64,000 bases of DNA, from contig CAYSLI010000001.1 in NCBI GenBank assembly GCA_964431915.1, forward strand, positions 111,240-175,239. Reading direction: 5' to 3'. Every line of letters begins with the position of its first letter. Within the stretch, counting starts at the first letter, position 1. Shown in pieces: positions 57,540 through 64,000 of the stretch. The DNA is from an uncultured Candidatus Saccharibacteria bacterium. Its GTDB lineage: Bacteria; Patescibacteriota; Minisyncoccia; Minisyncoccales; CAZKCU01. The position numbers and the translations under genes are program-made. The notes below the pieces were generated by a model. It was not told the origin of the DNA. It did not search any database and worked only from the letters and a program-made list of their open reading frames with translations.

Positions 57540-58259
57540 TTAATCATTTTGTTTCTTTGCCACTACCAGAACACCATGCATTTTCGACATTTTTTCCAGA
57601 AAACCTGTCTCAATCAATCTTGTTTTCTTTTTTGCTATTTTCAAAGACAAACCATAGAAAATATCTGAAACTCTTATAGAAAACTCTGGTGCTCTGCTTA
57701 AAAAGAAAACCGTTAGCTTATCAAAAAAATGGCTCTTTGTCCTTAGGCCATGTTCGCTAATTGCAATAATTTTCAATTTAGCCCGGGACAACTTCTCTAT
57801 CAGCTCTTTAGCTCCGTATCTCCTCATATGGCCACAAGCTTTGTCAAAATCATTATACAAACTTTTCTGAAGAGGCACTGAAAAAATAAACTTCCCTTTG
57901 TTTTTCAAAATTCTTCCTACCTCATTTAAGACTCGTTGGTCATTCGCAATATGTTCTAAAACATCAAAGCCGCAGACTAAATCAAAATACTGATCAGGAA
58001 AAGATGTGCCTTCTAGAGAAGATTTCATAGCATTTGCGCCCAATTCTTTTAAGCGATTTGTCGCCTCTCCGTTAGTATCCAGAAAGACAGAAGCAAAAAA
58101 TGGAAGCTTGGGACGCGCCCCAGACCCGAATTCGAGCAACCTATCTTTTGGTTTAATAAATTTTCTCAAAATCTGCCATTCGGGATATTCTTTATAATCC
58201 CTGACCCTAACAGCTCGCCATAACTTGTCGTATAACAATTCATTATTAAGTATTTCCAT
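57540..58259 (-). CDS. Class I SAM-dependent methyltransferase
   Basis: 239 aa with 'LLEFGSGARP' and 'FDLVCGFDVLEHI'. Confidence 0.75.
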   Translation of the reverse strand: MEILNNELLYDKLWRAVRVRDYKEYPEWQILRKFIKPKDRLLEFGSGARPKLPFFASVFLDTNGEATNRLKELGANAMKSSLEGTSFPDQYFDLVCGFDVLEHIANDQRVLNEVGRILKNKGKFIFSVPLQKSLYNDFDKACGHMRRYGAKELIEKLSRAKLKIIAISEHGLRTKSHFFDKLTVFFLSRAPEFSIRVSDIFYGLSLKIAKKKTRLIETGFLEKMSKMHGVLVVAKKQND

Positions 58260-58268
58260 ATTTTTTAG

Positions 58269-58356
58269 CGGTGGGGGTGAGATTCGAACTCACGGTGGCC
58301 TTGTTGACCACAATGGTTTTCGAAACCATCCCTTTAAACCACTCAGGCACCCCACC
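58269..58356 (-). tRNA. tRNA-Ser (CGA)
   Basis: Acceptor GGTGGGG/CCCCACC, discriminator G, anticodon loop TTCGAAA, long variable arm. Confidence 0.85.
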
Positions 58357-58440
58357 ACTTCTCTACACGATGAAGCGTTTCGCACTGTTTTGATTTTTAA
58401 ATCATCTTTAAGATACCATTTTTTTATTTAAAAATCAATA

Positions 58441-58463
58441 AAAACCTCGAATTCGAGGTTTTT
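58441..58463. terminator. Palindromic hairpin terminator
   Basis: aaaacctcgaattcgaggtttt. Confidence 0.6.
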
Positions 58464-58539
58464 GGTGGGCACTACAGGATTTGAACCTGTGACCTTCGCG
58501 ATGTAAGCGCGACGCGCTAAACCACTGCGCCAAGTGCCC
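58463..58539 (-). tRNA. tRNA-Val (TAC), CCA encoded
   Basis: Acceptor GGGCACT/AGTGCCC, then A and CCA, anticodon loop CTTACAT. Confidence 0.85.
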
Positions 58540-58572
58540 CCGTTAAATTTGTTTTATAAATCTATTAAATTG

Positions 58573-58655
58573 TGGGCGAGGAGGGACTCGAACCCTCACG
58601 CCAAAATGGCCTACGCACCTCAAGCGTAGATGTCTGCCTGTTCCATCACTCGCCC
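58573..58655 (-). tRNA. tRNA-Leu (GAG)
   Basis: Acceptor GGGCGAG/CTCGCCC, anticodon loop TTGAGGT, long variable arm. Confidence 0.8.
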
Positions 58656-59116
58656 ATTTTTTCTTTAATTTCTTTAGGTTTTTCTGTTTTTTCTTTCTTT
58701 TCTTCGATTGGTTTTTCTTTAACTACGGACTCGGTAAATTCTTTTGTTTTCAATCTCGCCTTTCTTCCTTTAACCTTTCTTAAATAATAAAGTTTTGCTC
58801 TCCTTACTCTCCCTCTTTTTATAATTTCTATCTTTTCTATGGTAGGGGAGTGGAAAGGGAATGTTTTTTCTACTCCAATTCCTGAAATTACTTTTCTTAC
58901 TGCAATTGTAGATCCAATTCCTTTACCATGTTTTTTAGCAATCACCAGTCCCTCGAAGGTCTGTATTCTTTCTTTATATTCTTTTGTTACAGATGATTTA
59001 CTTTTCTTTGAAACTTCTTTGATTTTTTGATAAATCCGAACAGTATCACCCGGTCGAATATCGGGTAAGTTAGTCTTTAATTGGGATTTAATAAAAGTCT
59101 CAAGTTTTGTAGCCAT
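58646..59116 (-). CDS. rplS: 50S ribosomal protein L19 with a K/E-rich C-terminal extension
   Basis: 'IRPGDTVRIYQKIKE...ERIQTFEGLVIAKKHGKGIGSTIAVRK'. The last 10 nt overlap the tRNA-Leu 5' end. Confidence 0.9.
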   Translation of the reverse strand: MATKLETFIKSQLKTNLPDIRPGDTVRIYQKIKEVSKKSKSSVTKEYKERIQTFEGLVIAKKHGKGIGSTIAVRKVISGIGVEKTFPFHSPTIEKIEIIKRGRVRRAKLYYLRKVKGRKARLKTKEFTESVVKEKPIEEKKEKTEKPKEIKEKMGE

Positions 59117-59188
59117 AATTAATTTTCAATCAATGTTGAATCTTTAAACTTTCAAACATTTAAGAATTTAAAATTCATTTAAAATTTA

Positions 59189-59911
59189 TCATTCAGCATT
59201 TAAAATTCCTAATACACGTTTTAGTTCTTTTGGTAAACCTGACTTGAATTCTTTAACTTGGTTGCTTGGTAATTGAATTTTAAGATAGGTGGCGTGTAAA
59301 AATTGTCTTTTTAATTCTTTAGGGCAGGGCTGGTTTTTAAATCCATATAGTTTGTCACCGGCTATGGGGTGTCCCAAATAAGCAAAATGGGTTCTAATCT
59401 GATGCTTCCTGCCCGAAAGAGGCTTAACCTCAATTAAATCATAATCTTTAAATCTTTGCAACACTTTATATTTGGTAACAGCAATTCTTTTTCCTTGGGA
59501 GCCTGGTTCATGAGGCAAGTATACTTTTTGTTTCCTTCTGTCTCCTGGTGAGCGGCCAATAAGGGTTTCAATTACCCGAGCCGCAGGCGAAGAAAACTCT
59601 GTTTTCTTCTTTACCTCCGCTTTCATAAATGAAAGCTTGGTGGGTGAAGAAGAGGATTTATCCTCTTCGCCTACACCTTTATTATTTTTCAGATTGCCGA
59701 TTGCCAGGGCTAAATATTTCTTTCTTACTTTTCTGTTTTTAAATTGTTCTTGCAAGAAATCTAAGGCCCTATCGTTTTTCGCTATCAATAAAACTCCCGA
59801 AGTGTCTTTATCTAATCTGTGAACCCTTTTTTTAAAGTCGTCAGAATTTACCCCTGCTGGTTTATCAATTACTAAAACATTTTCATCTTCATAAAGAATA
59901 TTAAACTTCAT
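59189..59911 (-). CDS. RluA/RluD-family pseudouridine synthase carrying a 33-aa element-derived insertion
   Basis: 'HRLDKDTSGVLLIAKN' and 'LSGRKHQIRTHFAYLGHPIAGDKLYG'. The insertion lies between 'IGNLKNNKG' and 'VIETLIGR'. Confidence 0.85.
   Translation of the reverse strand: MKFNILYEDENVLVIDKPAGVNSDDFKKRVHRLDKDTSGVLLIAKNDRALDFLQEQFKNRKVRKKYLALAIGNLKNNKGVGEEDKSSSSPTKLSFMKAEVKKKTEFSSPAARVIETLIGRSPGDRRKQKVYLPHEPGSQGKRIAVTKYKVLQRFKDYDLIEVKPLSGRKHQIRTHFAYLGHPIAGDKLYGFKNQPCPKELKRQFLHATYLKIQLPSNQVKEFKSGLPKELKRVLGILNAE
59573..59671 (-). repeat. Family C element, 99 nt, in-frame inside the rluD-like gene
   Basis: The sense strand reads GGCGAAGAGGATAAATCCTCTTCTTCACCC...GCTTTCATTTATGAAAGC...GAAGAAAACAGAGTTTTCTTCGCCTGCGGCTCGGGTA. 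Confidence 0.85.
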
Positions 59912-59912
59912 G

Positions 59913-59986
59913 TGGGCGCTGAGGGATTTGAACCCACGACCTTCTCGATGTCACCGAGACGCGCTAAACCACTGCGCCAAGCGCCC
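59913..59986 (-). tRNA. tRNA-Val (GAC)
   Basis: Acceptor GGGCGCT/AGCGCCC, anticodon loop GTGACAT. Confidence 0.8.
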
Positions 59987-59992
59987 TTGGGG

Positions 59993-60064
59993 TGCGCGTG
60001 GCAGGGATTGAGCCTGCGACCTCGGCTTTATAAGAGCCGCGCTCTACCACTGAGCTACACGCGC
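59993..60064 (-). tRNA. tRNA-Ile (TAT)
   Basis: Acceptor GCGCGTG/CACGCGC, anticodon stem CGGCT/AGCCG, loop CTTATAA. The T-loop CTCAATC is atypical. Confidence 0.7.
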
Positions 60065-60066
60065 AT

Positions 60067-61962
60067 TTATACTTGTCTAATTTTTACTTTTACTGGCTTT
60101 TCAGTTTTTGGCAAGGATTTCTTGTAGGCTGTTTTCCTTTCTCCTTTAATTAAACTCTCAAATTCCTCTTTTTCAATGGTTTCTTTTTTAATTAAAGTTT
60201 TGGCAATCTTTTCAAGCAACTTTTTGTTTTTAGTTAAAATCTTTTTAGATTTCTGTTCAGCATCTTTAATAAACTTTGCTACTTCTTTATCAATCTGAGC
60301 AGCAACTTTTTCAGAGTAATTTCTTTGTTCTGAGATTTCTTTTCCCAAAAAGACAAGTTCTTCCTTTTCACCAAAAGAAACAGGTCCTAAAGCAGACATA
60401 CCGTATTCTTTAACTAATTTTCTGGCTAAATCAGAAGCCCTTTTTAAATCATTAGCTGCTCCGGTGGTAATTTCTTTAAATTTCAATTTTTCAGCGCAGT
60501 ATCCACCGAGTAGAGTTGCCATTTCAGCTAAAAATTCTTTTTTGGTCTTAATTTTTCTTTCCTCAACTGGCATTTTTAAAGTGTAGCCAGCAGCTGGCCC
60601 CCGGGCAACAATTGAAATTTTCCTAACCGACTCAGCTTCTGGCAGAGAAGCAGAAACCAAAGCGTGGCCTGCTTCATGAAAAGCAGCAATTTCTTTTTCT
60701 TTTTTGGATAAGATATGACTTTTTCTTTCAGGACCCAATAAAACTTTTTCAATTGATTCTAAAAACTCTTCTTGATAAATTTGATTTTTATTTCTTCTGG
60801 CAGCTAAGATCGCTGCTTCATTAACTACATTAGCTACATCAGCTCCGGAAAATCCTGGGGTACGCTCTGCAATTTCTCTTAAATTAACATTTAAGGCTAA
60901 GGGTTTCCCTCGACAGTGAATTTTTAAAATTTCTTCTCGGTCATTAATATCAGGCATATCTAGGACTACTTTCCTATCAAATCGGCCAGGTCTCAACAGG
61001 GCAGGGTCGAGGACGTCCGGGCGATTTGTAGCCGCGCAAACTATTAATTTTGTGTCTCTTTCAAAACCATCCATTTCCACTAAAATTTGATTTAGCGTTT
61101 GTTCTCTTTCGTCATGTCCTCCGCCAATTCCAGCTCCCCGGTGTCTGCCAATAGCGTCAAGCTCATCAATGAAAACAATTGAAGGAGCCGCTTTTTTAGC
61201 AGTAGCAAATAAATCTCTCACTCGGGAACTCCCAACCCCAACAAACATTTCGACGAATTCAGAACCGGCGATTGAAAAGAAAGGTACGCTAGCTTCTCCT
61301 GCTACGGCTCTTGCTAATAAAGTTTTACCAGTTCCAGCTGCCCCCATTAATAGAACTCCTCTTGGTATCCGTGCTCCCATTGCTAAATATTTTTTGGGAT
61401 TTTTTAAGAAATCAACGATTTCTTTTAATTCTTCTTTTGCTTCTTTTAGACCGGCCACATCTTTGAAAGTAATTTTTTCTTTTGGATGACCTTCTGCTCC
61501 AAAAAGCCGGGCTCTGGCTTTGGTAAAACTAAATGCCTGAGTAGCTCCAGCTTTTGCCTGGCGGAGGATAAAAAAGAAAAAGAAACCAAAAAGTAAAAGA
61601 GGCAGCAAACCAAGGAGCAAAAGAGGTCCCAGCCAAGAGAAAACCCCTTGCTTTTCTTCTTTAATGTCGGTCTCTACTTTGTTTATTTTTTCTTCATTTA
61701 CTCCATAGGCTATCAGGGTTTCTCGAAGACCGGCTTCTGGCTCTTTTCTTGATTTTGCTTTGGTTTCATCATGATATTCAATAGAAAGTCCTGAGCCGAA
61801 GGCAGTAATTTTTTTAACTTTCTCCTGATTAACTTCTTCAACTAATTGAGTTAAAGAAATTTCTTTTTCTTTTTCAAGAGGTGAAATAAATAAGGTAAAG
61901 ATACCCGAGATAATCAGGAGAATTAAAATTACGAAAATAAAATTTTTAATTAAATTCTTCAT
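60067..61962 (-). CDS. ftsH: ATP-dependent zinc metalloprotease FtsH
   Basis: 631 aa with '[11 protein letters not shown]', 'IVFIDELDA', the SRH region, and 'HEAGHAL'. Confidence 0.95.
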   Translation of the reverse strand: MKNLIKNFIFVILILLIISGIFTLFISPLEKEKEISLTQLVEEVNQEKVKKITAFGSGLSIEYHDETKAKSRKEPEAGLRETLIAYGVNEEKINKVETDIKEEKQGVFSWLGPLLLLGLLPLLLFGFFFFFILRQAKAGATQAFSFTKARARLFGAEGHPKEKITFKDVAGLKEAKEELKEIVDFLKNPKKYLAMGARIPRGVLLMGAAGTGKTLLARAVAGEASVPFFSIAGSEFVEMFVGVGSSRVRDLFATAKKAAPSIVFIDELDAIGRHRGAGIGGGHDEREQTLNQILVEMDGFERDTKLIVCAATNRPDVLDPALLRPGRFDRKVVLDMPDINDREEILKIHCRGKPLALNVNLREIAERTPGFSGADVANVVNEAAILAARRNKNQIYQEEFLESIEKVLLGPERKSHILSKKEKEIAAFHEAGHALVSASLPEAESVRKISIVARGPAAGYTLKMPVEERKIKTKKEFLAEMATLLGGYCAEKLKFKEITTGAANDLKRASDLARKLVKEYGMSALGPVSFGEKEELVFLGKEISEQRNYSEKVAAQIDKEVAKFIKDAEQKSKKILTKNKKLLEKIAKTLIKKETIEKEEFESLIKGERKTAYKKSLPKTEKPVKVKIRQV

Positions 61963-62011
61963 TTAGTGAGGTTTAATTTATTAAACCGAAGCTGGAGATG
62001 AAGCTTTAGCT

Positions 62012-63121
62012 TCATGGACTTTCCACTAATTTTAAACTCATTCGGTGTTCTTTTGGGTCAATTGATAAAATCTGAAAATCATATTTTTTATCAATCTCTA
62101 AAATTTCTTCCATTTTAGATTTTGTTCCAAATTCGGAAATATGGACCAGTCCTTGGATTTTTGGGGTAATCTGAATAAAGGCACCAAAAGGATTAAATTT
62201 AGTTACCTTAGCCGAAACCTTATCGCCTTTTTTATATTTTTTCTCAATATTTTTCCAGGGATCTCTCTTTAGAGCTTTTAAAGATAAAAAGACTTTATTA
62301 TCTGAAATTTCAATAATCTTTGCTCGAATTTTTTGCCCAACCTTGACAATTTCAGAAGGGTCCTGAACTATTGCCCAATCAAATTCGGAGATATGGATTA
62401 AACCCTCTAGCCCTTTGCCAAAAACCATGAAAGCTCCAAAGTCAACCAGCCCGCTAATTTCTCCCTCAACTGTATCTCCTACTTTATAGCCCTTTAAAGA
62501 CTCTTTTATTTTCTCAATTTCTTTTGCTTTTTCAGATAAAATAAGAACCCGTTTCCCTTCACCCGGCAGAATCTTGTTTCTTGCTCTACTCGAAATAAAT
62601 TTTCTCTCTTTTTGGGAAAGATTAAGGATTTTTACTTCCAATTCTTTTCCTATAAATTTTTGAAGCCCTCTTAAAATTTTTAATGAATCTCCTCCTTCGA
62701 CCCGAGGATAGTGTTCTGGAGATAATTGTGATACTGGCAAAAAAGCAGGAGTCCCTAAAATCTCTGTCAGTAATCCTCCCTTATTTGCTCCCGAAATTTT
62801 AACTTTCACGGTCTCATTTTTTTCTTTTTTTTCTTTGAGGGCTTCCCAGGTGAGTTCTTGTCCAGCTTGTTTTAAAGATAATTCAATATAGCCTTCTTCA
62901 TTTTCGAGATCTACTATTTTTACAAAAATACTATTACCAATTTTTAAATCTTTTAAACTATTCTTAGCTTCTTGGAACTCTTTTCCATAAATTATTCCTG
63001 TTCCCAGGGGCCCTAAATCTAAAAAAACAGACGAGCGTCCTTTACCAATAATTTGGCCCTCAAGAATTTCACCAACTTTCGGTGGCTTCAATAAATTATT
63101 TTTTTCAAAAATATCCTTCAT
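62012..63121 (-). CDS. rpsA: 30S ribosomal protein S1 (four S1 domains)
   Basis: Repeated S1 motifs ('GEILEGQIIG', 'VEGEISGLVDFGAFMVF', 'VSAKVTKFNPFGAFIQI'). ATG at 63121. Confidence 0.85.
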   Translation of the reverse strand: MKDIFEKNNLLKPPKVGEILEGQIIGKGRSSVFLDLGPLGTGIIYGKEFQEAKNSLKDLKIGNSIFVKIVDLENEEGYIELSLKQAGQELTWEALKEKKEKNETVKVKISGANKGGLLTEILGTPAFLPVSQLSPEHYPRVEGGDSLKILRGLQKFIGKELEVKILNLSQKERKFISSRARNKILPGEGKRVLILSEKAKEIEKIKESLKGYKVGDTVEGEISGLVDFGAFMVFGKGLEGLIHISEFDWAIVQDPSEIVKVGQKIRAKIIEISDNKVFLSLKALKRDPWKNIEKKYKKGDKVSAKVTKFNPFGAFIQITPKIQGLVHISEFGTKSKMEEILEIDKKYDFQILSIDPKEHRMSLKLVESP

Positions 63122-63178
63122 ATTACGGATTATAACGAACTTTATTGATTTTTTCAAGAGTTATGATAAAATTAAGTA

Positions 63179-63820
63179 ATGCAAATTACTTGGTACGGTC
63201 AATCTTGCTTTAAAATAATAACTAACCAAAAGAAAAACAACCCGGTAAATATTGTTATTGACCCCTTTGATGAGACTCTTGGGTTAAAACTTCCTTCAAT
63301 AGAGGCTGATATTTTATTAATCACTCATCATGATAATTCTAAGACAATAAAAAGCAATCCCTTTTTAATCGATGGCCCGGGAGAGTATGAGATAAAAGAA
63401 ATCTTCCTTCAGGGGATTTTCTCTTTCCACGATGATTCTCAGGGAAGGCAGAGAAAAAACAATACTATTTATACCATTGCCACAGAAGAAATGAAACTTT
63501 GTCATCTCGGAGATATTGGCCAAAAAGAGTTGGCCCCAGACCAACTCGAAAAAATCAATAACATTGATATTTTAATGATTCCAATCGGAGGAGTTTATAC
63601 CATTGACTCAAAGACAGCTGCAAAGATAATTTCTCAAATTGAACCTAAAATTATAATTCCAATGCATTACCAAATTCCAAAATTAAAGTTAAAACTGGAA
63701 GGAGTTGATAAATTTTTAAAAGTGATGGGAATGAAAAGACCAGAGACCTTAAATAAATTATTAATTAAGAAAAAAGATTTATCAGAAGAGGGGATGAAAG
63801 TGGTGGTATTAAAACCCTAA
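63179..63820 (+). CDS. Metallo-beta-lactamase-fold hydrolase (UPF0173-like)
   Basis: 213 aa with 'MQITWYGQSCFKI' and 'ADILLITHHD'. Confidence 0.75.
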   Translation: MQITWYGQSCFKIITNQKKNNPVNIVIDPFDETLGLKLPSIEADILLITHHDNSKTIKSNPFLIDGPGEYEIKEIFLQGIFSFHDDSQGRQRKNNTIYTIATEEMKLCHLGDIGQKELAPDQLEKINNIDILMIPIGGVYTIDSKTAAKIISQIEPKIIIPMHYQIPKLKLKLEGVDKFLKVMGMKRPETLNKLLIKKKDLSEEGMKVVVLKP

Positions 63821-64000
63821 ATGTTACAAAAACTTCGAAATCAACCAGAATATATAAGGAAGATAATCCTTTGGTTAGTAGTTGTTATAATTTCGTTAGG
63901 GCTTCTGATTTGGTGGGTAAAGACCTCTCAACAAAGAATAAAAAGCTTTGAAGCAGAAGGTCTTCAAAAAGAATTTAAAATACCTTCTTTTAATAAAAAA
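63821..64000 (+). CDS. Hypothetical membrane protein, 3'-partial at the window edge
   Basis: ATG at 63821 gives 'MLQKLRNQPEYIRKIILWLVVVIISLGLLIWW...'. The frame is open to the end of the window. Confidence 0.4.
   Translation, partial: MLQKLRNQPEYIRKIILWLVVVIISLGLLIWWVKTSQQRIKSFEAEGLQKEFKIPSFNKK

Noticed and set aside
58225-58787. Small plus-strand ORFs (58225..58431 and 58572..58787). The ORF at 59912..60127 belongs to the same category.
   Set aside because: They are translations across the tRNA-Ser, tRNA-Leu, tRNA-Val and tRNA-Ile genes or antisense to rplS and ftsH.

Overview
The window is 64 kb of low-GC bacterial DNA, roughly mid-30s % GC by eye. The gene content looks like a reduced-genome Patescibacteria/CPR-type organism, but this is an inference from content and no database search was possible. 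I call about 60 protein genes and 19 tRNAs. All tRNAs were read by eye as cloverleaves.

Housekeeping genes:
- RNA and translation: rsmA, pnp, rpsO, nusA, rny, rbfA, infB, rplS, rpsA, a CCA-adding enzyme, and an RluA/RluD-type pseudouridine synthase.
- Proteostasis and membrane: a short tig, clpP, ftsH, an HtrA-like protease, and the H+-pyrophosphatase hppA.

Accessory loci:
1. A VirB4-centred type IV secretion-like locus (553-11099). Its pilin-like membrane modules are fused to large C-terminal domains, one of which is an M23 peptidase.
2. An array of duplicated promoter-gene-terminator cassettes (29.4-32.5 kb) encoding small membrane proteins. It includes two mini-ORFs that are absent from the ORF track.
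3. A 1072-aa cysteine-rich modular surface protein (32510-35728) that follows the cassette array.
4. A translationally coupled three-gene operon (37819-39974): thymidylate-synthase-fold protein, QueC-like PP-loop ATPase, and CYTH protein. A ~49% GC islet and tRNA-Gly lie next to it. This is my best candidate for an undescribed nucleotide-modification, signalling or defence system.
5. A type IV pilus assembly cluster (pilB, pilC, three prepilin-like genes, pilM, pilN, pilO) preceded by a two-component system.
6. A free-standing LAGLIDADG homing endonuclease beside tRNA genes.

Several families of short palindromic or multi-hairpin elements occur throughout the window. They sit in intergenic regions, sometimes as terminators, and also in-frame inside coding sequences (rluD-like gene, 3D-domain gene, histidine kinase, cca, yraN). 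This resembles the Rickettsia palindromic elements.

All domain calls rest on motif recognition in the supplied translations. No searches, folding or statistics were run.
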